From the NCBI GenBank assembly GCA_965237675.1, contig OZ250150.1, forward strand, positions 5,120,001 to 5,184,000: DNA of 64,000 nt. The letters are read 5' to 3'. Every line of letters begins with the position of its first letter. Positions within the stretch are counted from its first letter, which is position 1. Below the pieces are notes generated by a model. It was not told the DNA's origin, did not search any database, and saw nothing but the letters and a program-made list of their open reading frames with translations. Source of the stretch: Candidatus Latescibacterota bacterium (GTDB lineage Bacteria > Latescibacterota > UBA2968 > GCA-2709665). A program made the translations under genes and the position numbers. Shown piece by piece: positions 40,170 through 50,164 of this stretch.

Positions 40170-41162
40170 ATGGAAGCTCCGGCAGCCGAAACGATTACAC
40201 GCCTGATCCAAAATGCCTACCCCTCGTTCGCCGTGTTGGCGGGTATGCAACTTGGCGTTTTCACATCCCTGGCCGATGGACCACTCGATACGGAACGAAT
40301 TGCCGGAAAAATCCAGGTGCCGGCCGAGCGCCTCTCCCCGCTACTATATGCGCTGGTGGCAACGGGATTATTGGGCGTTGAAAACAATCGCTTCTTCAAC
40401 AGCAGCGAAGCTCGGCACCACCTGGTGAAGACCAGCCCCAATTACATCGGCAACGTTCACCATCTACTCTCCGACCTGTGGTCGGCCACACTCAAGACCG
40501 CGGACTCGATTCGGCTGGACCAGCCCCAGGCCGAACACAGCTTTACCGACATGCCCACCGGTCAGTTGTACACCTTCTTTTGTGGACTTCACGACGACGC
40601 GCTGACGACAGGCCGGGATCTGGTGAGACGGATCGACACGTCATCCTGCAGGCATCTTCTCGACGTTGGCGGCGGTTCGGGCGGGCTGGCCATCGGCGTT
40701 ACCGAAGCCTGCCCCAACGTCAAGGCAACCGTGCTGGACCTGGCCGAAGTGATCCCCATTACAAAACGCTTTATCCGGGAGGCAGGCGCAACCGGCCGGG
40801 TGTGCACCCTCGGGTTAGACGTCACCCTAGAACCGGTCCCTGGCCAGTTCGACGCGGCTGTGGTCAAAGCCTTTCTCCAAACCCTTCCTCCTTGCCAGGC
40901 AAGTCGGGCCCTATCGCACATAGGCGCGGCGCTCCGGCCCGGTAGCGCCATCTACATCCTGGGCAACGGCATCCTGGACGACTGCCGTTACTCACCGCCC
41001 GAAGCGGCCATGTTCAACATCGTCTTCCTCAACATCTATCGCGGAGAGCGCGCCTACACGGAAAGCGAGTACGGGAACTGGTTGACCCACGCGGGATTCG
41101 GGAACATACGGCGGCTCAGGCAACCGAACGGTTCAAGCATACTCACGGCGCACAGGATCTGA
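40170..41162 (+). CDS. SAM-dependent O-methyltransferase (dimerisation domain + Methyltransf_2)
   Basis: AGMQLGVFTSL N-domain, LLDVGGGSGG, YTESEYGNWLTHAGF. Confidence 0.88.
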   Translation: MEAPAAETITRLIQNAYPSFAVLAGMQLGVFTSLADGPLDTERIAGKIQVPAERLSPLLYALVATGLLGVENNRFFNSSEARHHLVKTSPNYIGNVHHLLSDLWSATLKTADSIRLDQPQAEHSFTDMPTGQLYTFFCGLHDDALTTGRDLVRRIDTSSCRHLLDVGGGSGGLAIGVTEACPNVKATVLDLAEVIPITKRFIREAGATGRVCTLGLDVTLEPVPGQFDAAVVKAFLQTLPPCQASRALSHIGAALRPGSAIYILGNGILDDCRYSPPEAAMFNIVFLNIYRGERAYTESEYGNWLTHAGFGNIRRLRQPNGSSILTAHRI

Positions 41163-41340
41163 ACCGGCCACGGATGCGCGACTCTCATCAAAATCGTATT
41201 GACAAACCCGGGTTCCAGGGTTAACTCTAATGCCCCCTTCGGGGCCCGGTTCAGAAGTTCGCCCGCCCTCGCAGTGGATTGACGCCAGTCCATCTATGGC
41301 GTTCCGTCGCCGAGTTGCACACCTACAATTAGAGAAATTG

Positions 41341-42162
41341 ATGGATATCGACCTGGAAACGTACCTGTTCGACCTTCGAGGTTATCTACATCTCGAGAAC
41401 GCACTCTCCCAGGCGGAGGTTTCGGAGCTCAAGGCCTGCCTGGATGAAATCCCTCCACTCAGGCCAGGTGAGTGGCACGGCTATATTCATGCCCACACCT
41501 ACGGCGACGACACCTCCGGCCTGAACCTGCAACAGATCTATGAGGCCGGCGAACCCTTTGAAAGCCTGATAGATCACCCGTCGTGGTTCGGAAAAGTGAA
41601 ACGCTTCGTGGGGGGCGAAGGCAGTTTCGACTACCACCATGGCCCCCTGTTCATCGATGAAAACTTCGCCAATTTTCGCGAGGCTGGCGAAGCGATCGGC
41701 CTACACTCCGGTGGATACCCCACCATTTTGCGCAACCAATTCCGCTATCATGGCGGACGCTTCATGTGCGGCCAGATCAACATCCTTATCGCACTCACCG
41801 AAATCGGACCCGATGACGGCGGCACGATGCTGATTCCCGGAAGCCATAAATCCAACTTCAAACACCCTCACTTCGACAGACATCGCATGTCCAGAAACGC
41901 CACGGTCGAGGGTATTGAGGGCGCCGTCGAAATCCATATGAACGCAGGAGACGCGCTTCTTTTTGTGGATGGTATTTCGCATGGATCCGCCAGGCGGTCC
42001 AACCCTGGCACACGGCGTGTCGTCGTCTACCGCTACGGACCCTCATGGGGAAATTTCCGCCACGGCTATCAGCCCTCACCGAAACTCCTGCAGAGACTCA
42101 AGCCGGAGCGCCGGCGGATCGTCCAACCCCTCAAACTCATCCCGAGAGAACCGCAAGAATAG
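41341..42162 (+). CDS. PhyH-family Fe(II)/2OG oxygenase, H-S-G variant
   Basis: FDLRGYL, LHSGG, GGTMLIPGSHKSN, AGDALLF...SHGS, RRVVVYRY. Confidence 0.88.
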   Translation: MDIDLETYLFDLRGYLHLENALSQAEVSELKACLDEIPPLRPGEWHGYIHAHTYGDDTSGLNLQQIYEAGEPFESLIDHPSWFGKVKRFVGGEGSFDYHHGPLFIDENFANFREAGEAIGLHSGGYPTILRNQFRYHGGRFMCGQINILIALTEIGPDDGGTMLIPGSHKSNFKHPHFDRHRMSRNATVEGIEGAVEIHMNAGDALLFVDGISHGSARRSNPGTRRVVVYRYGPSWGNFRHGYQPSPKLLQRLKPERRRIVQPLKLIPREPQE

Positions 42163-42435
42163 GTCAATCTCACGCAGGTGCAACACGGACAAACGGCAGA
42201 TTGCCCGCATCCCATGTTGTTAGGACCTCGGGGTCCTACAACGGAAGGAGGCGATCCAATGCCCTGAATCGCGGCCCTTCCGGTCGGACACCCCGCCGGC
42301 CTGCACCGATCCAGAAACCATTGTACCCGCAATCATAGCTTCACAAGCAACCCGTTTGTATTCTCAGACATCCCGCCAGGACGATATTCGTCATATATAC
42401 CAAGGATATGCGTCAAAAAACCGAAGGAGCCCCAG

Positions 42436-43167
42436 ATGACGACCTCTCGCGAAATGCTGGAACAATTAAAAAACTTCGACACCCCATCAATCACGAATGT
42501 CGTGGCCACGTATCCCGGTAACCCGCTTTGCCTGAGCCTCTACAATCCCTGGACGGAAAACTGGTACACGGACCAATCCATCCGATGCATGTATCCCGAA
42601 CTCGGCCGAACGGTCGGTTACGCGGTGACATGCGTCTTTGGGCTGCCGGACCCCGACTACACGTCTCTTTCGTTCATGGACGTCATCGACGCCCTGGACG
42701 CGTCGCCAAAACCGACCATCCTTGTCTTCCAGCAGAAATTTCCGCCTGAACTTGAGGCCAAGGTCGGACTGGCCGGCGGAAACATGACCTCTGCGATGAA
42801 GGCGGTCGGCTGTGCGGGCGCCATTTCCAACGGGCCCTCCAGAGACATCGACGAAATCCGCCCCATGAAATTTCAATACATGCTCAGCGGCGTCACCGCG
42901 GGGCACGGCGGCATGGCCGTTCACGCCGTGAATGTGCCGGTTTCGGTAGGCGGGATGGACGTCGCTCCGGGCGAAATCATCCATATGGACGAAAACGGCG
43001 CATGCAAGTTCCCATCCGATAAACTGGAAGCCGTTCTCAACAACGTCCGTGCTCTGCAAGAGGAGGAGGAAGAACGAATGGGCACCCTGCTGAGCGCCTC
43101 TTCAGCCGCCGAAGTCCGGGCAATCCTCAGCGGTCATACGTACGCCGACGAGGAAGAAGATAGCTGA
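42436..43167 (+). CDS. RraA / HMG-aldolase family protein
   Basis: FDTPSITN, VGYAVT, NGPSRDIDE, PGEIIHMDENG. Confidence 0.85.
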   Translation: MTTSREMLEQLKNFDTPSITNVVATYPGNPLCLSLYNPWTENWYTDQSIRCMYPELGRTVGYAVTCVFGLPDPDYTSLSFMDVIDALDASPKPTILVFQQKFPPELEAKVGLAGGNMTSAMKAVGCAGAISNGPSRDIDEIRPMKFQYMLSGVTAGHGGMAVHAVNVPVSVGGMDVAPGEIIHMDENGACKFPSDKLEAVLNNVRALQEEEEERMGTLLSASSAAEVRAILSGHTYADEEEDS

Positions 43168-43297
43168 CGGTGCGTCTGCCATTTAACCTGACTCATTACT
43201 GCCGCGTTGGTTTTCGTTTTAAAGGCCTGGCCGTCTCCAATCGGTAACAACGGTCAAACCGGCGAAATGAAGACGACAGAGACGGGATTAAAGAGAT

Positions 43298-46200
43298 CTA
43301 TGCAACAATTCTAACGCAATCTCCAACGTCCGTTGAAAACACCTCGAACGGTTCGCCGATTACCTTCGAAAAGTCAAACGCCTGCTCCACAAGAAACGTG
43401 GTGCGCCCCCTCATCCCACGAATCGTAAACACACGTTCTCCCACGCGGAGCCGGCATCCTCCATATCCTCCCCCTTTGGGATGATCCACATTGCTGTCGA
43501 ACCTGGATCGCCTGCCGGATTCGACCTCGCCCTTTCCCCTGACAAACCGGGGCATATCCGCGAGGAAGACCCGGCTGCCTTCACCTTTCCGCTCTATCCG
43601 CTTCACCATGTACACCGTCTCCAACCCCGACGGATGACGCACGTAAACCACCTTGCCGTCCAGCGAACCATCCTCTGGCAGTCGAACATCCACAACCAGT
43701 TCACTGCGGCCTGGATCGCCGGTAATATCTCCCGCCAGACCTTTCAACGTCCCTTGGTAGTCACGAGTCTGCTGAACCGCCGCCTCGTCCACCCGTAACA
43801 GCGACCCGTCAATCACCTCAAGATCGATACCGCCGGAGGATTCGCTCATCACGCCGGCGCGCCCGCTGAGCTCAAAGCGCCTTCCATCGGGCAGCGTCAC
43901 GGCCACTCCCTCTCCCTCGGGATCAATGCCGATTGTCCGTACGCGGCCGCGTTCCGTCACCTGCAGGACAACGCCGGCGCGATCCTGCGCCACGAGCTTC
44001 GCTTCTTGAACATTGCTCCGGCCCCGGTGCGCTTCAATCACCGACACAAACCGGCTCACGCCTGTTCGACTTCGCAGACACACCACGGGAAACCAGAAAT
44101 CATCCAGCTTTCCGTCGTCCTCCTGCGTCCGTCGGATGGACGGCGCGTCGCTCACGAGCAATCGACCCGCCTGAACACCGAGGAACCGGGCGTCCACCTG
44201 AGTACCCTCACCCTCGAACCGCACGTTGAAATCTCCGGATACATCCGACGCCCGCGTTCGTTTGAGATATCCGTAAAGGGCCCCATCGGTCCCATCCCCG
44301 CGCAGAATCATCTCGGCCTCGGCAGGATGCAGTTCCGTATTCACCGAAAGCGTCTGGTCGAAATCCGCCGATCCGTGCAACAGATAATCGTGGACTTCAC
44401 CGCCCTTCACCTCGAAGAGATCCACTACGTATCCGCTATCGGACCCCGTTGGAACCAGCATGATCGTCCGCCGGTAGACGGTTGTATTCTCAAAAGCCCC
44501 GGGGGCCTCCGCGCAGACCATTCCCACACGCGTGCGAGAAGCGGGGCGATAGCACCGCAGCCGCCCGCCGTCTCTTGACTGCTCCTGTCCGTCCACCACC
44601 ACGGTATTGTGGCTGCCTACCGTCGTCGCCCACTCCCGGTAACGGGTATGCGTGTATCCGATATCCGACAGCAGTTCCTGCCCGAACACATCCAGGCCCA
44701 TCGCCAGTGTATCGTAATGGTGATGCCCGCCATACGGACCGTAACACAACGTGGTCCGCACGGCTTCCTTGGATTGCCCCACGCCCAGAATCACATCCCC
44801 CGCGCCGGGCAACAGATAATTTGAAGGCACAAGCGCCAGCAGATCGTCCTCAGTGACACGCCGACCTGCCTCCGAAGTCCGTCGGAACAGCGCAAACTCG
44901 ACGTCGGCAATGGGAATCCGGGATTCTCCGTCAATCTCGTCCGCGGCTTCCACGAATCGGCCCATGGACGTAATGCGACTGGACAGATGGCTGGCTCGCG
45001 TGGTCAACGCCCAGGTATCGTTTGCCATGAAGGTGCGTCCGTCCGGCATGAACAACCCCAGAGGCGCCGTGTAAATCCGCTTCAGATACGGCATCTCCCG
45101 GTACACGTCGATCCCCCCGGAGCCACTCATTACATCCGGTACCCTCAACGTCCCCTTTGTGATCATGTTGAAATAATTGAGCGTATCCTCGTGCCAGTAC
45201 CCGTCGTACAGATAACAGTTGTCGATCAGCGTCCGATACAGCCCGTACGCCCTTGCCACAATATCCGGTTCGTCCAGGATCCGGCCCGCGAAAGCCAGCC
45301 CCATGATCCGCCCGCCGTCGTAGTTGGTAGAGCCGTGCGGGATCTCCAGTGTGTGCCGGATCGCCTCGTACAACAGGTCCCGCTCAATGGCAGTACGCAC
45401 ATCCCGACCCTCGGCCTCGGACAGTTTCTCGATGGCGCCGCTGTCTGAAATCAGGTCGTAAACCTGGGCGATCCAAAACGCGTTGTGGGCATCCGAAAAG
45501 GGGCTGGCGTGAAAATTGCCCATCCTGGCGGACACGAAGGGAAACGGCGGATCTTTATAAAAGTGATTCTGATAGAATCCCCTCCGGTCCGCATTCTGGT
45601 AAGACACGCCCAATCCGTGCACGGGATAGTTCTTGTATACCTCCGCGATTCGATCCAGAATCACCGCTGCTTTTTCCGCATACGCCTTTTCGCCGGTAAG
45701 CACGTAGGCAATCGCCAGCGGATCCGCCATGCGGACCACCTGGTACTGCGTGTAGTTCAACACCATATTTTCGAAAAAATAACGCATCCCCTCGTCGTCT
45801 TCCCAATAACGGTAGCGGACCGTCTTGCCGGCCGGACCAACCACCTCGATCTCTCCCACTGGCTGATGATCCGGTCCCGGTAACACACTCCCGCAGATTT
45901 TACACCGGACATGCTCCGGATCCTTCGCCGACCACTCCCAGAATTCGACCCGCCAGCTTCGCTTCCGCCGGTCCACGGGGCAGCGCGGGAGCGGAAAGTT
46001 CACCTGCTCGGAAATGCCGGCACGAATCGTCTCGTCCGGCATCTCGAGAATTCTCCGGCGGGCAATCCAGCGCAACTGCCCGTCTCGAAACCGCTTTGCC
46101 CAGTCGTAGGTTGCCGCTCGCCGCCTTGCCCGTTCGATCTGTTCGGACGTATAGTAGAGCGGATGCGGCGCCCCTCTGGGAAACGGCCTTTCACCTTCCC

Positions 46201-46351
46201 AGTACCTTGTATCCCGTGAACAATCGATCCGTTCGATCCCCATGTTGGATCTCCATAAAGACGAATCGCATCCGGCCGCCAGAGCCATAGTGCCCAGACC
46301 GGCCCCTTGAAGAAACTCCCGTCTGGTCAGGAATATTCCGCCCAACGGCAC
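43298..46351 (-). CDS. Tat-exported (lipo)protein, heparinase II/III-like polysaccharide lyase
   Basis: TRREFL...LAAGC; DGYWHED, GHHHYD, DIGY, SHNTVVVD. Start is uncertain (GTG 46351). Confidence 0.8.
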   Translation of the reverse strand: MPLGGIFLTRREFLQGAGLGTMALAAGCDSSLWRSNMGIERIDCSRDTRYWEGERPFPRGAPHPLYYTSEQIERARRRAATYDWAKRFRDGQLRWIARRRILEMPDETIRAGISEQVNFPLPRCPVDRRKRSWRVEFWEWSAKDPEHVRCKICGSVLPGPDHQPVGEIEVVGPAGKTVRYRYWEDDEGMRYFFENMVLNYTQYQVVRMADPLAIAYVLTGEKAYAEKAAVILDRIAEVYKNYPVHGLGVSYQNADRRGFYQNHFYKDPPFPFVSARMGNFHASPFSDAHNAFWIAQVYDLISDSGAIEKLSEAEGRDVRTAIERDLLYEAIRHTLEIPHGSTNYDGGRIMGLAFAGRILDEPDIVARAYGLYRTLIDNCYLYDGYWHEDTLNYFNMITKGTLRVPDVMSGSGGIDVYREMPYLKRIYTAPLGLFMPDGRTFMANDTWALTTRASHLSSRITSMGRFVEAADEIDGESRIPIADVEFALFRRTSEAGRRVTEDDLLALVPSNYLLPGAGDVILGVGQSKEAVRTTLCYGPYGGHHHYDTLAMGLDVFGQELLSDIGYTHTRYREWATTVGSHNTVVVDGQEQSRDGGRLRCYRPASRTRVGMVCAEAPGAFENTTVYRRTIMLVPTGSDSGYVVDLFEVKGGEVHDYLLHGSADFDQTLSVNTELHPAEAEMILRGDGTDGALYGYLKRTRASDVSGDFNVRFEGEGTQVDARFLGVQAGRLLVSDAPSIRRTQEDDGKLDDFWFPVVCLRSRTGVSRFVSVIEAHRGRSNVQEAKLVAQDRAGVVLQVTERGRVRTIGIDPEGEGVAVTLPDGRRFELSGRAGVMSESSGGIDLEVIDGSLLRVDEAAVQQTRDYQGTLKGLAGDITGDPGRSELVVDVRLPEDGSLDGKVVYVRHPSGLETVYMVKRIERKGEGSRVFLADMPRFVRGKGEVESGRRSRFDSNVDHPKGGGYGGCRLRVGERVFTIRGMRGRTTFLVEQAFDFSKVIGEPFEVFSTDVGDCVRIVA

Positions 46352-46677
46352 ACGCCCGACCTCACCGGGGCCCACGATTGGTGCCGGATTGCGCAATATC
46401 AGACATTGAACGTTCCCGAAGCGGATGGCCGGTGCCGTGCTGCCCCGGAACACAACGGTCCCGCCAATTCCAGGACCTTCCGTGCACGAAACGGCAACTC
46501 ACAATAAGATTTCAACCGTACACCCCGCATCCACCGCATCCCCGATTCCCCCGGAGACTTCGGTCGGTATCCCGAATTGCGTAATATACGACGCCCGTCA
46601 ATTGAAGTCCAGACACTCGTGAAAGGCGATTTCAGTCGTTGCCGCCGATCCGGATATAGCAGGGAGTTGACTCCATA

Positions 46678-46887
46678 ATGGGGCACAAACTGCCGATCCG
46701 GCGCACCCCGCGGCAGGACGTCGCTCGGGCCGAAACGCGGACCCTCGTGTCCCGTATGTTCGAAGGATCCTTCGGGTCGCTGGCGACGTATCTCGTGGAT
46801 TCGGGCGAACTTTCCCAGAAAGAACTGGATGAATTGCGCGTGCTGATCGAGGAGAAGGAGAAAGCGAAGGAAGGAGGTCCGGAATGA
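46678..46887 (+). pseudogene. BlaI/MecI/CopY repressor, C-terminal part only
   Basis: LVSRMFEGSFGSLATYLVDSGELSQKELDELR; ATGA overlap with the M56 gene; winged-helix domain absent. Confidence 0.8.
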
Positions 46888-49274
46888 ACACGTTGATCAC
46901 CCTGGCAGAATCGTGGTGGCCGCTCTACGCGACACATATGATCGAAGTTTCGTTGTTTATATTGCTGGTGTGGGCCGTGGACCGGTGGTTGACGCTGGAA
47001 ACGCGACTTAGATACGCGCTGTATCTTCTGGCGTTGGCGAAGGTGTTTGTGCCGCCCGTTTTATCCATTCCGATACCTGCGTTTCTGGTATTTTCGACAG
47101 ATGTCACAGTGGATGCACCCGTTTATTCCGGTGTGATTTCTGAGGCCATCGCCGTTGCTCCCGTTGAGGTGGCGGCCCTTCCGCCGGCGTTCTACCTGTT
47201 TTTCCTATGGATTCTTTCAGTCCTGGCATGTACAGCTGTAGCCCTGTGGAAATACACGGCCTTTCGTCATATGCTGAAATCGGCAACACCGGTTGACCTG
47301 GCAAGCAAGGTCGAATTGCGGAGCGGTGGACGGAACCTGAAGGTCTATTCAAAAGCCAGCCTGCCTTCTCCCACTCTGGTGGGCGTGGTGACACCGCGAT
47401 TGTATCTGCCTTCAACGTGGTCGTCGTGGTCACCCGATCAGCTACGTGGCATCGTTGCGCACGAATTGGCGCACTTCCAAAGACGTGACATCTACGTGCT
47501 GATTTTACAGGCCGTCGCAACGACCCTGTTCGGCGTGAACCCGCTGATCCGGCTGATGAATCGAAGGTTGATGTACCTGCGCGAATTGCGCTGCGACGAA
47601 ACGGTTTTAAGCGAAACGAACCTGACGCCCGCCGAATACGGGCGCCTGCTGCTGGGCTTTGTCGATAGACGAGCCGCGCCGAGTGCCCTGAGCGTATATT
47701 TCAGCGAGGGTGGAACGAGGCTGAGAGAACGTCTCAAGCACATACTCAAGTTCAAGGAGGGCGATATGAAACGGTCGAAGTGGCAGTTGGCGATTCCCAT
47801 TCTCATCGGACTCATGATCGCGCCGTTCTCGATCCGAGAAGCATATACCCAGAATGACGACGGACTTGAGGTGTCGAAGTCTGCTACAGACGCCAGGACC
47901 GGCAAAAACACACAACCCCGGGAGGTCGGGGCTGTATCTGGCCATGTTGACGACAACGACGATTTGTACGTCGTCTACGACATAAAAGAGGTCGACGTCA
48001 AACCCCATCCCGTGAAGATTCTCCCACCCGAATATCCTGAAGAAGCACCAGAAAACAAAATAGATGGTGTTGTGCATCTAAAGATTATCGTCAATGTCGA
48101 CGGTTCGGTAAGCGACGTGACCGTATTGAACGGACCGGAGATATTTCATAATGCCGCGACAGATGCTGTGTTGCAATGGCGTTTCAAGCCCGCTGAGTAC
48201 AACGGAAAAGTCGTGCCCGTTACCTTGTTGACACCAATTCGTTTTTCATCCAAACCAGACAATGTCTTAGAATTCTGGTCGGTCGACGTTAAACCGGTTC
48301 TCACAAATCCCGTTGGACCAGTTTATCCGGATAAGGCGCGAAAAGCTGGTTTAGTGGGAAACGTGTTCTTGAGGTTTGTAGTGAACGTAAATGGAACGGT
48401 AAGCCACATCAACGTCCTGAAAGGCAAGGCGATATTTCACGAAGCTGCGATCGATGCCATTTCGCAATGTCGGTTCACGCCTGCTGAGCACGAAGGCAAG
48501 CCTGTCCCCGTGTGGATGGCGCAGCGAATCAGTTTTCAGCTACCCAAACCAAAGTCCGTGCCGCCACCCGAAAAGGGTGACGCTGAAGCCGAAAAGGCCT
48601 TCGAGATTTGGGAGGTTGACGTAAAGCCAGTCGTCACACATTCCGTTCAGCCAATCTACCCAGAGTGGGCACGATTTTCAGGCGGAAGGACGGGAACTGT
48701 GTACGTTAAGTTCAAAGTCAACGAGGATGGATCGGTTAACGACGTACGTGCTCTCAAAGGTCTAATGATATTTGTGAAATCTGCAATCGATGCCATTTCG
48801 CAATATCGGTTCCATCCTGCCAAACACGAAGGCAAGGCTGTCGCAGTGTGGATGACGCACCGGATCAGTTTTAGACCGCCAAAGCCGAAGGCCGTAGCGA
48901 CTCCTGACCCAGGCGAGGCTGTTGGTGAAAAGGTGTTCGAAATCGGGTCGGTTGACGTAAAGCCGGTCGTCATACATTCCGTTCAGCCGGTTTATCCAGA
49001 TGTGGCGAAAAAAGCAGGCCTGGCGGGAGACGTGGCCTTGAAGTTCAAGGTCAACGTGGATGGTTCCGTGAGCAACGTAGACGCATTTGTCCTGAAGGGC
49101 GGTGAGATATTTCGCAAACCTGCGATTGAAGCAGTTACACAATTTCTCTACAATCCTGCTGAACACGAAGGCAAGCCTGTCGCAGTGTGGATGACACACC
49201 ATTTTACGTTCGCGCTTCCCGACCAACAGGACGACACAGCTCGCGATACACGCAATCCTGGCGTTGGAAATTAG
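46884..49274 (+). CDS. BlaR1/M56 peptidase fused to four TonB C-terminal domains
   Basis: HELAHFQRRD and RELRCD; four VDVKP...P-YP...V-V-G-V...F-PA...GK-V-V units. Confidence 0.9.
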   Translation: MNTLITLAESWWPLYATHMIEVSLFILLVWAVDRWLTLETRLRYALYLLALAKVFVPPVLSIPIPAFLVFSTDVTVDAPVYSGVISEAIAVAPVEVAALPPAFYLFFLWILSVLACTAVALWKYTAFRHMLKSATPVDLASKVELRSGGRNLKVYSKASLPSPTLVGVVTPRLYLPSTWSSWSPDQLRGIVAHELAHFQRRDIYVLILQAVATTLFGVNPLIRLMNRRLMYLRELRCDETVLSETNLTPAEYGRLLLGFVDRRAAPSALSVYFSEGGTRLRERLKHILKFKEGDMKRSKWQLAIPILIGLMIAPFSIREAYTQNDDGLEVSKSATDARTGKNTQPREVGAVSGHVDDNDDLYVVYDIKEVDVKPHPVKILPPEYPEEAPENKIDGVVHLKIIVNVDGSVSDVTVLNGPEIFHNAATDAVLQWRFKPAEYNGKVVPVTLLTPIRFSSKPDNVLEFWSVDVKPVLTNPVGPVYPDKARKAGLVGNVFLRFVVNVNGTVSHINVLKGKAIFHEAAIDAISQCRFTPAEHEGKPVPVWMAQRISFQLPKPKSVPPPEKGDAEAEKAFEIWEVDVKPVVTHSVQPIYPEWARFSGGRTGTVYVKFKVNEDGSVNDVRALKGLMIFVKSAIDAISQYRFHPAKHEGKAVAVWMTHRISFRPPKPKAVATPDPGEAVGEKVFEIGSVDVKPVVIHSVQPVYPDVAKKAGLAGDVALKFKVNVDGSVSNVDAFVLKGGEIFRKPAIEAVTQFLYNPAEHEGKPVAVWMTHHFTFALPDQQDDTARDTRNPGVGN
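47991..49220 (+). repeat. Four intragenic TonB-C repeats
   Basis: GT(C/T)GACGTnAA starts at 47991, 48282, 48615 and 48951; CACGAAGGCAAG...GTGTGGATG recurs three times. Confidence 0.85.
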
Positions 49275-49328
49275 TGTACAATGATCGTTTTTCACCCGGC
49301 ATCTACCGGTTTCCACAGGTGATATGAT

Positions 49329-49381
49329 AAAAAAAAGCGGTCGAGGTGCCGGATGGCATTCATCCGACACCTCGACCGCTT
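49329..49381 (-). terminator. Long terminator hairpin between convergent genes
   Basis: A-run followed by GCGGTCGAGGTGCCGGATG...CATCCGACACCTCGACCGCTT. Confidence 0.8.
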
Positions 49382-49475
49382 CGACCTAACGACGCCGTTC
49401 ATGGGAAATCCCACGACTCTACCTCACCTCGATCGCCCTCCGGCTTTGCAATATTCTCTCCGATGGTCCGTACAG

Positions 49476-50113
49476 TTATCTCCAGTAATCGGGTTTTGCG
49501 TCGGGCATCTTCCACTCGATTTTCACTTCAGGGTTGACTCTTTGCTCGAAGTTGAGGAATTTCAGGAATGCCGAGATGTCATCGTGATGGCCCAGTCAAA
49601 TTCCATCTTGCTCGGCAAATGCGCCTCGACGACGAGAGACGTATCGGCATTCTCTCCGTGGTGTCCGGTTTCGACTCTACGGAAAAATGAGTGGGTTCCT
49701 TCCGCGTCTTTGAGCCTGCTATTGTTGGAAATATCTCGCATTAAACCGGCGATATCGAGGAAGAAATTGTCTCTGAGCGCGTCTGCCGTCACGTGTGCAC
49801 CTTCGATTGAGTCAACGGTCAGCTTGTATTTGATCGGGTTCTCTTCCTGGATGATGGTGACATCGATGCTGGTGTGCTCGTGGAAGGCTTTCTGGGCATA
49901 TCTGGTGAGGATGACTTCGGGAGGTTGGTTTTCCAATTCCGATTTTTCAAGGTGTCCTCCGACAAGACCAAGCGCTATAATGGGAAGAAGCCCTGCCACG
50001 AAGATTCGTGGTCGTTCAGAAAGCCGTTTGGTTCTGAAAACCGGTGGATGAATAAGACCCGCCAGGGTTACGATAGCGATAATTGCCAATAAGGTTACGA
50101 CAAATCCAACCAT
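49476..50113 (-). pseudogene. Hypothetical 2-TM membrane protein, probably frameshifted near 49590
   Basis: GGAGG SD and ATG 50113. The frame stops at 49562, but a shifted frame continues HHDDISAFLKFLNFEQRVNPEVKIEWKMPDAKPDYWR* to 49476. Confidence 0.5.
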
Positions 50114-50164
50114 GGCATCTTGCCTCCGTGGCAACGGGAACATCTCTTCGGTGCCTGGAATCGG

